NCBI GenBank assembly: GCA_038205935.1
Contig: JBBRBK010000002.1
Span: 37,839-101,838, forward strand
DNA from: Campylobacterales bacterium
GTDB lineage: Bacteria > Campylobacterota > Campylobacteria > Campylobacterales > Sulfurimonadaceae
DNA length: 64,000 nucleotides
Reading direction: 5' to 3'
The position numbers and the translations under genes were made by a program. Below, piece after piece: positions 1-9,675 of this stretch (position 1 is its first letter; each line of letters opens with the position of its first letter). A model generated the notes under the pieces. The model was not told where the DNA came from. It was given only the letters and a program-made list of their open reading frames with translations, and did no database searches.

Positions 1-602
1 TTAAGTCGATTTATAGCAACATTTACAGTACGATCTTGATAAATTTCATCATTACCCCATACTTTTTCTAGCAGATAATCACGATCTAGGACGATATTTT
101 GATTTTGTATGAGAGTTAAAAGAAGTTCAAACTCCAGTTTTGTAAGATCAATTTTTTCCTCAGCAACTAAAACGGTTCTCGCTTCGAGATTCAGCACGAT
201 ATCTTTATAGATGATCTCTTTGAGTGTTGAGAGCGGATTTGTACGCTTGAGGATTGCTTTGATTCTAAGAACAAGCTCTTTCATGTTGAACGGTTTTGTG
301 ATGTAGTCATCTCCGCCGCTTAAAAATCCCTCTTCGATATTTTGTTCACTATTTTTTGCGCTGAGGTAGATTACGGGCGTCGTAACACCGTTTTTGCGTA
401 AAGTAGCAATAAACTCACTACCTTCAACTCCGGGAAGATTTCTATCCATAATGATGAGGTCAACCTTTTCCTCTTCAAGAAGCTCTTTGACGTTTTTGGT
501 ATTTAAAAAACCGATAGTTTCAAATCCCTCTTTGTTTAAAGAATACTCGATTAGCTCTAAAATATCCTCTTGATCTTCAACAATTACAATTAAATTACTC
601 AT
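1..602 (-). CDS. OmpR/PhoB-family response regulator (3' end runs off the window)
   Basis: Not in the ORF track. Manual translation from ATG at 602: MSNLIVIVEDQEDILELIEYSL...DLIIMDRNLPG...DDYITKPF...LTKLEFELL...VWG...RTVNVAINRL, a receiver domain plus winged helix. Confidence 0.9.
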   Translation of the reverse strand, partial: MSNLIVIVEDQEDILELIEYSLNKEGFETIGFLNTKNVKELLEEEKVDLIIMDRNLPGVEGSEFIATLRKNGVTTPVIYLSAKNSEQNIEEGFLSGGDDYITKPFNMKELVLRIKAILKRTNPLSTLKEIIYKDIVLNLEARTVLVAEEKIDLTKLEFELLLTLIQNQNIVLDRDYLLEKVWGNDEIYQDRTVNVAINRL

Positions 603-637
603 ATTTTGACCACTTTTTATTTATGATATCAAAATAA

Positions 638-655
638 TGATTACTATCTGATTAC
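638..655. promoter_or_regulatory. 7-bp direct repeat TGATTAC-N4-TGATTAC, candidate OmpR/PhoB-type operator
   Basis: 11-bp periodic tandem repeat 9 nt upstream of a TATCAT -10 (623-628, minus strand) for the regulator. Confidence 0.45.
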
Positions 656-760
656 AAGCTAAATTTCCAATATTAAGCGTGATAACCAAAATAACAGTAG
701 TTTTAAGGTATAATCCCGAAAATTTATCTCTAAATTATAGAGAACTACGAGGAAAACACC

Positions 761-2563
761 TTGCAAAAGATTAGAAACATAGCGGTTATCGCGCACGTTG
801 ACCACGGTAAAACTACATTAGTTGATGGTTTGTTAGAGCAATCAGGAACATACGGAGCTCACGAGCAACACGATGAAAGAGCAATGGATAGCAATGCTTT
901 AGAAAAAGAAAGAGGAATTACGATTCTTTCTAAAAACACGGCTATTCGTTATAAAGACTACAAGATCAATATTATTGACACTCCGGGCCACGCCGATTTC
1001 GGTGGGGAAGTTGAACGTGTTCTTAAAATGGTTGATGGTGTTTTGGTTCTTGTTGATGCATACGAAGGCGTTATGCCACAAACAAAATTCGTTGTTAAAA
1101 AGATGCTTGCGCTTGGTAAAAAACCAATCGTTGTTATCAACAAAATTGACAAACCTTCAGCTGATCCTGAACGCGTTGTAGATGAGATGTTCGACCTTTT
1201 TGCTGCTATGGATGCAACTGAAGATCAACTAGATTTCCCAATCATTTATGCTGCTGCACGTAATGGTATAGCAAAACTAGATATGGCAGATCCAGATGGC
1301 AACTTCGAATGTATTTTCGAAACTATTTTAAGCCAAATCCCTGAGCCTGAGGGCGATAGAGAAAATCCTGTTCAAGCACAAGTATTTACACTTGATTATG
1401 ATAACTATGTTGGAAAAATCGGTATTTCACGTATTTTCAACGGTGTGATCAGAAAAGGAAGCAACATTCTTCTTGCGAAGGCAGATGGAGAAATGGTTAA
1501 AGGTAAGATTACTAAACTTATCGGATTTCATGGTTTAAACCGTATGGAAATTGATGAAGCGGAAGCTGGCGATATCGTTGCATTTGCTGGTTTAGAAACT
1601 GTTGATGTTGGAGATACTGTTTGTGATCCGACTAAACCTATGCCACTTGATCCTCTTCATATTGAAGAGCCGACTTTGAGCGTTGTATTTTCAGTAAATG
1701 ATTCACCACTTGCAGGTCAAGAGGGTAAACACGTTACTTCAAACAAAATTAAAGAGCGTTTAGAATCTGAGATGCAGACAAACGTTGCTATGAGATATGA
1801 AGTTGTTGGCGAAGGTAAATTTAAAGTTTCAGGACGTGGTGAACTTCAAATCACGATTCTTGCTGAAAATATGCGCCGTGAAGGTTTTGAGTTCGGTATT
1901 TCTCGTCCTGAAGTTATCGTTAGAGTAATAGAAGGCGTAAAATGTGAACCATTTGAACACCTTGTTATCGATCTTCCTGCAGAATTCAGTGGTTCTATTA
2001 TTGAGCGTCTTGGTAAACGTAAAGCTGAGATGAAATCTATGATCCCAATGGGTGAAGGTTTTCAACGTATTGAGTTCGAAATTCCTGCGCGTTCATTGAT
2101 CGGTTTCCGTGGTCAATTTTTGACAGATACTAAGGGTGAAGGTATTATGAACCATTCATTCTTAGAATTCCGTCCATTTAGCGGTTCTGTTGAGTCTCGT
2201 CAATATGGAGCACTTATTTCTATGGAAACAGGTGTTACTCTTGCATATTCACTATTTAATCTTCAAGATCGTGGAGTTATCTTCATAGGTCCACAGGTTA
2301 AAGTTTACGAGGGTATGATCGTTGGAGAGCATGCACGTTCAAATGACTTAGCTGTTAACCCGATCAAAGGTAAAGCACAGTCAAATGTTCGTTCATCAGG
2401 TGCTGATGAAGCAATCAAACTTGTTCCACCACGTGATATGAGTTTGGAGCGTGCCCTAGAGTGGATTGAAGATGATGAACTTCTAGAAGTTACACCATTA
2501 AGTATCCGTATTCGTAAACGTTTCTTGACTGAAAGTGAACGTAAACGTAACGTACGTAAATAA
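761..2563 (+). CDS. typA: Translational GTPase TypA/BipA
   Basis: [14 protein letters not shown] and NKID motifs; C-terminal [17 protein letters not shown] at 709-714. Confidence 0.98.
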   Translation: MQKIRNIAVIAHVDHGKTTLVDGLLEQSGTYGAHEQHDERAMDSNALEKERGITILSKNTAIRYKDYKINIIDTPGHADFGGEVERVLKMVDGVLVLVDAYEGVMPQTKFVVKKMLALGKKPIVVINKIDKPSADPERVVDEMFDLFAAMDATEDQLDFPIIYAAARNGIAKLDMADPDGNFECIFETILSQIPEPEGDRENPVQAQVFTLDYDNYVGKIGISRIFNGVIRKGSNILLAKADGEMVKGKITKLIGFHGLNRMEIDEAEAGDIVAFAGLETVDVGDTVCDPTKPMPLDPLHIEEPTLSVVFSVNDSPLAGQEGKHVTSNKIKERLESEMQTNVAMRYEVVGEGKFKVSGRGELQITILAENMRREGFEFGISRPEVIVRVIEGVKCEPFEHLVIDLPAEFSGSIIERLGKRKAEMKSMIPMGEGFQRIEFEIPARSLIGFRGQFLTDTKGEGIMNHSFLEFRPFSGSVESRQYGALISMETGVTLAYSLFNLQDRGVIFIGPQVKVYEGMIVGEHARSNDLAVNPIKGKAQSNVRSSGADEAIKLVPPRDMSLERALEWIEDDELLEVTPLSIRIRKRFLTESERKRNVRK

Positions 2564-2575
2564 TCTAAAACACTC

Positions 2576-2605
2576 TTACATGTAAGGTTTTATCCTTACA
2601 TGTAA
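2576..2605. terminator. 12-bp hairpin made of two TTACATGTAA copies, downstream of typA
   Basis: TTACATGTAAGG-ttttat-CCTTACATGTAA starts 13 nt after the typA stop; no clean U-tract. Confidence 0.5.
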
Positions 2606-2684
2606 CCCTCTTTTAAGTGGTTTTGCTGATGCAATTGTCACGCTAAATCAACAACATATTTATTAATTTATAAGGTAAGATAGA

Positions 2685-3098
2685 ATGAAAAAAACTATAG
2701 TATTAGCGATAAGTGTATCAGTTTTATTTTTAAGCGGATGTACAAAACAAGAAGATCCAAAAGAGACTGCAACAAAAATTTGTAAAGCGCTTCAGATTAT
2801 GGACTTCAATGAGTTAAAAAAATATACAGATGAAGAATCGACAAAAGAGATAGATGCTGGTCAAAAGAAATTAGAAGAAGCAAAAACTCAAATAGCTGCT
2901 CTTCCACAAGAACAACGTGATAGTATTCAAAAAGTTTTTGATGCGCAGATGGGTATGGTTAAGCAAAAAATGGCTGATATCAACTGTACAAACATTACAG
3001 TTCAAGATGGTACTGATAAAGAGAGTAAAGTCGTTATGATAGATGGAAAACCGACAAAACTTAAACTTATTGAGAACAAATGGAAGCTTACTAAATAA
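2685..3098 (+). CDS. Lipoprotein of unknown function
   Basis: Signal peptide with lipobox LSGC; AAGG RBS. Confidence 0.85.
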   Translation: MKKTIVLAISVSVLFLSGCTKQEDPKETATKICKALQIMDFNELKKYTDEESTKEIDAGQKKLEEAKTQIAALPQEQRDSIQKVFDAQMGMVKQKMADINCTNITVQDGTDKESKVVMIDGKPTKLKLIENKWKLTK

Positions 3099-3177
3099 GT
3101 TTCTTGCACCTCTAAAACCCATAAACTTTTCTTAAAGAGTTTAAGAATATAATCATGGACTTAATAGGGGTGCAAAA

Positions 3178-4200
3178 ATGATTCACAGAAAAAAGATCTA
3201 TAATCCAGACTCGACAGAACATGTAAATGATCGCCAGATATTTGGTGGAAATCCGACTGGTATTTTTGAGTTAAACAATATCAAATATCAGTGGGCTTAT
3301 AACCTATGGGAAGTTATGCTCAACAACACTTGGTTTCCAAAAGAGGTCGATCTCTCACGTGATGCCAATGACTATAAAAATCTTACAGATACTGAAAAAA
3401 CAGCGTATGACAAAGCCCTTGCTCAACTCATCTTTATGGATTCCCTCCAAACAAATAACATTATAGATAATATCAATCCTTATGTAACAGCATCGGAAGT
3501 CAATCTTATATTGGTCCGCCAATCTTTTGAAGAAGCACTTCACTCTCAAAGTTACGCGGTTATGGTTGATAGTATCTCTCAAAACTCTGCTGAGATTTAC
3601 GACCTTTGGCGTAAAGATATGATGCTAAAACATAAAAATGATGCTATCGCAGCTGTGTATGAACAACTTACTAAAGAACCAACTGAAACCAACTTCTTAA
3701 AAGCTTGTTTTGCAAATCAGATTTTGGAAGGGATCTATTTTTATAGCGGTTTTGCTTATATCTATACTTTGGCACGTTCAGGTAAAATGCTCGGTTCTGC
3801 GCAGATGATCCGCTTTATCCAAAGAGATGAAGTGACTCACCTCGCACTTTTTAAAAATCTCATCAACACGCTTCGCCGAGACAAACCTTATCTTTTTACA
3901 GAACAATTAAAAGCAGAAGTGATAGAGATGTTTAAAAAAGCAGTTGAGCTTGAAAGTAATTGGGGTCAGTATATTACGCAAGGTCAGATTCTTGGACTTA
4001 CAAATGAGATTGTTGATCAGTATATAAAATATCTTGCAGATGATCGTTTAGCATCTGTGGGATTTGAGAAAATCTATAATGTTACAAATCCAATCAAATG
4101 GGTTGATGATTTTGCAAAATTTAATGATCAAAAAACAAACTTCTTCGAGGGAACGGTGACGAACTACTCAAAAGGAAGCCTAAGCTTTGATGATTTTTAA
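3178..4200 (+). CDS. nrdB: Class I ribonucleotide reductase beta subunit
   Basis: [23 protein letters not shown] and C-terminal NFFE motifs. Confidence 0.96.
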   Translation: MIHRKKIYNPDSTEHVNDRQIFGGNPTGIFELNNIKYQWAYNLWEVMLNNTWFPKEVDLSRDANDYKNLTDTEKTAYDKALAQLIFMDSLQTNNIIDNINPYVTASEVNLILVRQSFEEALHSQSYAVMVDSISQNSAEIYDLWRKDMMLKHKNDAIAAVYEQLTKEPTETNFLKACFANQILEGIYFYSGFAYIYTLARSGKMLGSAQMIRFIQRDEVTHLALFKNLINTLRRDKPYLFTEQLKAEVIEMFKKAVELESNWGQYITQGQILGLTNEIVDQYIKYLADDRLASVGFEKIYNVTNPIKWVDDFAKFNDQKTNFFEGTVTNYSKGSLSFDDF

Positions 4201-4212
4201 GAAGGTTCTTCT

Positions 4213-5589
4213 TTGAATGAAGAGGAGTTGATCACTCTTGCGTATGAATTTCATACGCAAAACGATCTTCAAAATGCGCAAAAATATTATATTCAAGCAC
4301 TAACTTTTAATCCTGAGCATCCGCAAGTACATAATAATCTTGGAACAATATATCAAGCAGCGCAAGACTATGAAACTGCCAGATTTCATTATGAAAAAGC
4401 GCTTATATGTAAGCCGGATTATTTTGATGCAATAAAAAATATGATCAATGTTTTAAACAAGCTGACCATAGTTTACAAGTTCGATAATGAACTCACAAAA
4501 GCCAAAGAATGCGCACTTAAAGTGCTTGAGCTTGATTTTGAAAATTCTGATGCTTACAATAATCTGGGTGTCATCTATAAAGAAAACAAGGATCTTTTAA
4601 AAGCAGAAAATTGTTATAAAAAAGCGATAGAACTTGACCCAAAAAGTGTCGATACACTTTTAAATATTTCATTGCTTTGTCTTCTTCAAAAAGAGTATGA
4701 AAAGGGTTTTGAGCTTTACAGATACAGATATCATATGTATGATCTCTACACGAACGCAGAGTTAGTGAAAAATATGAGTTTATTGCAATCTCTTGCAGAA
4801 GTTAAGGGCAAAAAAGTGTTGATAAGCTTTGAGCAGGAATTTGGAGATGCAATCCAGTTTATACGGCTTGCTACCTTGCTTATTTCCGTGAATGCGGAGT
4901 TTTCATTTTATATACCCAAACCGTTGCAAAAGCTTTTTACTTATAATTTTCCCAATACTCGTTTTGTGGATCACGAGCAATTAAAAGAGTTCCATTACTA
5001 TTTTCCGATTATGGATGCGAGTCATCTTTTAGGACTTACATACGAGAATATCCCAAGTAGCGAAGGGTATTTAAAAGTAGATGAAAAAGATGTCAGCGAG
5101 TTTAGAGCGGCAAATAAATTAGAAAACCAAATCAAAAAAATAGGCTTTGCTTTTAAGGGAAGCCCACTACATCGAAATGATGTAAATCGTTCCATTGAAC
5201 TTTCACTTTTTTTAGAAGGAATTGTAAAACTTCAAGGAGATGCTAGACTTTACTCTTTACAGCACGGTCTTGATGAGAATGAAAAAAAACTCTTAAAAGA
5301 TTATGGCATTATTGATTTTGGTAGTCAGATTAAAGACTTTTATGACACTGCGGTGATGGTCGAGTGTATGGATTTGATCATTACTATTGATAGTTCTCTC
5401 GTACATGTAAGCGGTGCTTTGGCGAAAAAAACATTTTTATTACTTCCTTTTGCCCCTGATTGGAGATGGGGAGTTGATGATTTTAAGACTAACTGGTATG
5501 ATTCTGTTATGATTTACAGACAAAAAAGCATCTCTGAGTGGAGTCATGTATTTAGGGCATTGGTAAAGGATATTCGTGAAAAATTATAG
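4213..5589 (+). CDS. TPR-repeat protein with C-terminal GT-B (GT9-like) domain
   Basis: TPRs (HNNLGTIY, YNNLGVIY), then EQEFGDAIQF, DLIITIDSSLVHVSGAL and DWRW. Confidence 0.8.
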   Translation: MNEEELITLAYEFHTQNDLQNAQKYYIQALTFNPEHPQVHNNLGTIYQAAQDYETARFHYEKALICKPDYFDAIKNMINVLNKLTIVYKFDNELTKAKECALKVLELDFENSDAYNNLGVIYKENKDLLKAENCYKKAIELDPKSVDTLLNISLLCLLQKEYEKGFELYRYRYHMYDLYTNAELVKNMSLLQSLAEVKGKKVLISFEQEFGDAIQFIRLATLLISVNAEFSFYIPKPLQKLFTYNFPNTRFVDHEQLKEFHYYFPIMDASHLLGLTYENIPSSEGYLKVDEKDVSEFRAANKLENQIKKIGFAFKGSPLHRNDVNRSIELSLFLEGIVKLQGDARLYSLQHGLDENEKKLLKDYGIIDFGSQIKDFYDTAVMVECMDLIITIDSSLVHVSGALAKKTFLLLPFAPDWRWGVDDFKTNWYDSVMIYRQKSISEWSHVFRALVKDIREKL

Positions 5590-6301
5590 TTTATGTTCCA
5601 TACAATTTCAAACAACTCAGAATTATGAAGAGAATCTCCAAACACTTTTAAAACTTATAAATGAAACTCCTGATCATTCACTTATCGTTGCACCGGAAGT
5701 ATGTTTGAGCGGATTTGATTATGATAATTTCGACAAAGTTATAGCGTTTAGCTCTTATGCGATAGCTGAGATAAAGAAAGTTTCAAAACATCGAATAATA
5801 GTTTTAACCATTATAGAAAGAAGAGAAGATAAGATCTACAATATGGCAAAAATCTTTCATAATGGTGAGATAGTTTATGAAAGAGGAAAGTCTCGACTTT
5901 TTCGTTTTGGCGGCGAACAAAACTACTTTTTTGAAGATGCTGACGAGAAAGTTGAAATAGTAGAAGTAGATGGATTAAAACTTGGTGTTTTGATCTGTTT
6001 TGAACTTCGTTTTAAAGTGTTATGGCAGAAGTTAGAGGGTGCAGATATCATTGCAATCCCTTCGTGGTGGGGAGTTTTAAGAACTGAACACTTTAAAGTG
6101 CTAACACAAAGTTTGGCAATTATGAATCAGTGTTATGTTGTTGCAAGCGACAGTACTAACGACGAATGTACAAAACAAAGTGGAATCATTACACCTTTTG
6201 GTGTGGATGAGAGAAATGAGAACAAGGCTTGCTTACAAGTGGTATATGATAAAAAAGAGGTGCAGACTATGCGCCGGTATTTGGATGTAGGTATTGGATA
6301 A
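5576..6301 (+). CDS. Carbon-nitrogen hydrolase (nitrilase superfamily)
   Basis: PE, K and ICFELRF catalytic triad contexts. Confidence 0.9.
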   Translation: MKNYSLCSIQFQTTQNYEENLQTLLKLINETPDHSLIVAPEVCLSGFDYDNFDKVIAFSSYAIAEIKKVSKHRIIVLTIIERREDKIYNMAKIFHNGEIVYERGKSRLFRFGGEQNYFFEDADEKVEIVEVDGLKLGVLICFELRFKVLWQKLEGADIIAIPSWWGVLRTEHFKVLTQSLAIMNQCYVVASDSTNDECTKQSGIITPFGVDERNENKACLQVVYDKKEVQTMRRYLDVGIG

Positions 6302-6935
6302 AATAACAGCGATGAAAACAGCGCGTTTGGCGCAGGAGATAGAGAAAAGATTTCCCATCTCAAAAGAGGTATCAGCGGCTATTGCCAAAACAAATCGTGA
6401 AGCTTTTGTACCTAAAGGGTTTACCCACAATGCTTATAAGCTAGATGCGCTTCCAATGGGTTCGTACCAGTGGATAAGTTCCCCTTTGACAGTTGCAAAG
6501 ATGAGTGAGTATCTAATGTCTCATGGAGCGGACAGAGTTTTGGAAGTAGGATGTGGAAGCGGTTATCAAGCTGCGGTTCTTTCACATCTTTTTCGTGGTG
6601 TATTTACGATTGAGCGTATAGAATCTTTAATGCTTGAAGCAAAAGAGCGTTTTAAAACACTTGGTATTCACAATGTTCATACAAGAGTCGATGATGGACA
6701 AAATGGCTGGGAGCGTTATGCACCCTTTGAGCGAATACTTTTTTCAGCGACTGCTAAAGAAGTTCCAAAAAAACTTTTTGATCAGTTATGTGATGGTGGT
6801 ATTTTAGTTGCACCAATCCAAAAAGGGAACAAGCAAGTAATTATGAGATATACAAAAAAAAGATTTTCTATCAAAGAGGAAGAACTCGAAGATTGTGAGT
6901 TCGTTCCTATCTTAGATGGGATACAAAAGTTCTAA
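6294..6935 (+). CDS. pcm: Protein-L-isoaspartate O-methyltransferase
   Basis: QWISSP, VLEVGCGSGYQ, APFERI motifs. Confidence 0.95.
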   Translation: MDKITAMKTARLAQEIEKRFPISKEVSAAIAKTNREAFVPKGFTHNAYKLDALPMGSYQWISSPLTVAKMSEYLMSHGADRVLEVGCGSGYQAAVLSHLFRGVFTIERIESLMLEAKERFKTLGIHNVHTRVDDGQNGWERYAPFERILFSATAKEVPKKLFDQLCDGGILVAPIQKGNKQVIMRYTKKRFSIKEEELEDCEFVPILDGIQKF

Positions 6936-7381
6936 ACGAGGCTGAGTTCTCCAAGGTAACTGTGAATAGTATTTCCTTTCGCGAGCCACTCTAAGATGCC
7001 ACCTTTGAGGTTTTTCACATTGGTAAATCCAAGTTTTTGAAGCTGATAAGCTGCAAGTGCTCCGCGAGGACCTTTGAGGCAGTAAGTCACAATCTCCACA
7101 TCTTGACCAAACTGTTTTGCAAGTTTATCTATCGCCATAAACTCCAGTTTTCCTCTTGGCATAGTCACAACTGTGTGCGCATCAATGTACCCAGATGCAA
7201 ACTCTTCAGGCTCTCTAACATCTACAAGGACAACAGCTTTTGCAATGTCATAAAGCTCTTCAACTTCGATCGTCTTAATTTGGCTGTTTGCCTCATCTAT
7301 AAGTGCTTTGAGGTGCTCTGAGAGAAATGCTTCGTCACATCGTTTTGCATACTCTTCTAGCTTCGTATTGAGATTTCTCAT
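6932..7381 (-). CDS. Rhodanese-like sulfurtransferase
   Basis: LVDVREPEEF, YCLKGPRG, NLKGGILEW. Confidence 0.9.
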   Translation of the reverse strand: MRNLNTKLEEYAKRCDEAFLSEHLKALIDEANSQIKTIEVEELYDIAKAVVLVDVREPEEFASGYIDAHTVVTMPRGKLEFMAIDKLAKQFGQDVEIVTYCLKGPRGALAAYQLQKLGFTNVKNLKGGILEWLAKGNTIHSYLGELSLV

Positions 7382-7499
7382 GCCGGTTCCTTTGTATGTT
7401 GTTTTAAAAAGATTAGCATACTCGAGATATATCGAAGGTTAATTTTTGTAGGTTTGTTTGGATATAATAAAAAAAATAATAAGGTAAGGAATCTTTAGC

Positions 7500-8339
7500 A
7501 TGTATGGAATTGATTATTCTAAGCCAGAAGTAGTTCTTTTACAAGATACGGGTATCGGTGTTGCAGAAGCGGCGGCTAGAACTTGTTATGATTCATTTGA
7601 AAACAGTGAAAATGAGGTTATAAAGTCTTTAGAAAATACACTTCCTGATGAAACGATGTGTTCTAAGCTTAATGCTATCGAGGACTCCGCTTTACTTGAT
7701 GATCTCGCTTGGACCTACTTTCACCACTCCATTTTAGAACATGCAAACTTGAGCTATCTTGTTCGCGGAACAAGTCGTGGTGTTCTTCAAGAGCATGCCC
7801 GTCATCGCATTCAGGCTATTAGTGTTCGAAGTACAAGATATACGATGAGTTCTGTTATCAACGCTTTTGTTGCTTCACTTCAAGATAGTAATCCAAAAGA
7901 GTTTTTTACAAGGAAAGTTTTGGGCTTTCATATGCTTGTCACAACAAATGAAGCATACAATCGTCTTGAAATCGCTGGGATATTTGACAAGCTTTCTTAT
8001 CAGAAACAAGCTGTAGAAGATTTTTATGAACTTGCCGTAGCAAAAAGTTCTTTACCTCTTTTGGAGATACATAAAGGCGACGCAGAAGCTCTTTTTACAA
8101 CTCTGCAAGCTGGAAAAAAGAAACGAAATGTTGGAGATGCTTTTAAGCACATCGTCACAGATAACTTCAAAGTAGATATGGTTGTGACCTTTAATCTCAG
8201 GAGTCTCAAAAACTATTTCACGCTTCGTGAGAGTGGCGCGGCTTATTTTCAAATACGCTGGTTGGCTCAAGAGATGATGAAAGTAACTCCAAAAAAATAT
8301 CTAGATCTTATAATTAAAAAAGGAAAAGAAAATGCGTAA
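7500..8339 (+). CDS. thyX: Flavin-dependent thymidylate synthase
   Basis: HHSILEH and RHRIQAISVRSTRY (RHRx7SxR) signature. Confidence 0.95.
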   Translation: MYGIDYSKPEVVLLQDTGIGVAEAAARTCYDSFENSENEVIKSLENTLPDETMCSKLNAIEDSALLDDLAWTYFHHSILEHANLSYLVRGTSRGVLQEHARHRIQAISVRSTRYTMSSVINAFVASLQDSNPKEFFTRKVLGFHMLVTTNEAYNRLEIAGIFDKLSYQKQAVEDFYELAVAKSSLPLLEIHKGDAEALFTTLQAGKKKRNVGDAFKHIVTDNFKVDMVVTFNLRSLKNYFTLRESGAAYFQIRWLAQEMMKVTPKKYLDLIIKKGKENA

Positions 8340-8556
8340 ACTCTTACATGTAAGTCTCTTTATTCTACCGTTTGCAATTAGTGGATGTTCTTTCACAGTC
8401 AATGCTGCAATGTGTGATCAGATACGAACAGATCCAAATGCGGTAATTCCTCAAGAGTGTCGAAACTATGATGAAAAAGAGGCAGAAAAAGCTTCTGTGA
8501 TTAATCATGAGATCAACGGTAGCGATATCATCAAGTTTTCTCCAAAAGAGAAATAA
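8332..8556 (+). CDS. Small lipoprotein
   Basis: Lipobox ISGC; overlaps both neighbouring genes. Confidence 0.75.
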   Translation: MRKLLHVSLFILPFAISGCSFTVNAAMCDQIRTDPNAVIPQECRNYDEKEAEKASVINHEINGSDIIKFSPKEK

Positions 8557-9653
8557 TGCAACCTTATGAGCGTTTTTTTAGAGTGGAAGATGATTTCCGC
8601 TCCGCTTATTCAAGAGATCGCGATCGCATTATCCACTCGGGAAGTTTTCGAAAGCTTGAGTATAAAACTCAGGTTTTTTTAAACCACGAGGGAGATTTTT
8701 TTCGTACGCGTCTCACACACTCCATAGAAGTTTCTCAGATAGCTCGCTCTATTTCAAATAATCTTGGACTCCAAGAACCTCTCGCAGAAGCGATCGCTCT
8801 CGCTCACGATCTTGGTCATACTCCTTTTGGACACATCGGCGGAGATACGCTTGATGAGTGTTTGAAAAAAGATGGCTTTCATAATGGTTTTGAGCATAAT
8901 TTTCAGAGTTTTCGTGTTGTGAGTTCTTTGGAAAAACGCTATAAAGCGTTTGATGGCTTGAATCTTACTTTTGCAACTTTAGAGGGAATCCTCAAACACT
9001 CTTATCCATACAAGAAAAATTTTCTTCCGCCAATCATCGATGAACATTTTCATCTCTCTACTCATCCGTCCATTGAAGCGATGGTAGTTGATCGTGCCGA
9101 TGAGATCGCTTACATTAGTCATGATATTGATGATGGGATTAACTCTGGACTTATTACTTTTGATGACCTAAAAGAGAGTGAACTTGTTTCTTTAATACTT
9201 CAAAAAGTACATGATGAGGGAATAGACGAAGAAAATGATGAGATGTTTCGCTACCGTTTTAGTTCACATCTTATCAATCATCTTGTTTATTCACTTTTAG
9301 AATATTCAAAACATAAAGTCATTGATAGCGGTGTGCTTAGCGGTGTCATTGACGCTAAACAGGAAATTCCAATTGGATTGGATAGTGAGCTTGAAACCCA
9401 AGTAAAAAAACTGAAAAAACTGCTTTTTGTCAAACTCTACCAAAGTAAAGAGATTACACGAAAGATGTTTGCGGGAAAACAGGCTATTAAAGGGTTATAC
9501 AGCGCTTTAATGGAAGATGAGAAAATATTACCGACATATTATAGAGAACTCTTGTATGGTAGAGCAAAACACAGAGTCGTAGCGGACTATATGGCTTCAA
9601 TGAGTGATAGATATGCGATGAAGCTTTATAATGAGTTGTATGGAAGGATATAG
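8556..9653 (+). CDS. dgt: dGTP triphosphohydrolase-like HD protein
   Basis: RDRDRIIHS, RLTHSIEV, HDLGHTPFGH, DEIAY. Confidence 0.93.
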   Translation: MQPYERFFRVEDDFRSAYSRDRDRIIHSGSFRKLEYKTQVFLNHEGDFFRTRLTHSIEVSQIARSISNNLGLQEPLAEAIALAHDLGHTPFGHIGGDTLDECLKKDGFHNGFEHNFQSFRVVSSLEKRYKAFDGLNLTFATLEGILKHSYPYKKNFLPPIIDEHFHLSTHPSIEAMVVDRADEIAYISHDIDDGINSGLITFDDLKESELVSLILQKVHDEGIDEENDEMFRYRFSSHLINHLVYSLLEYSKHKVIDSGVLSGVIDAKQEIPIGLDSELETQVKKLKKLLFVKLYQSKEITRKMFAGKQAIKGLYSALMEDEKILPTYYRELLYGRAKHRVVADYMASMSDRYAMKLYNELYGRI

Positions 9654-9675
9654 GCCAAAAAGCCTATATAAAAGA

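Noticed and set aside
3106..3117. GCACCTCTAAAA matching the IS end at 63408-63419
   Set aside because: Only 12 bp, lacks the terminal GG and has no IS sequence beside it; probably chance.
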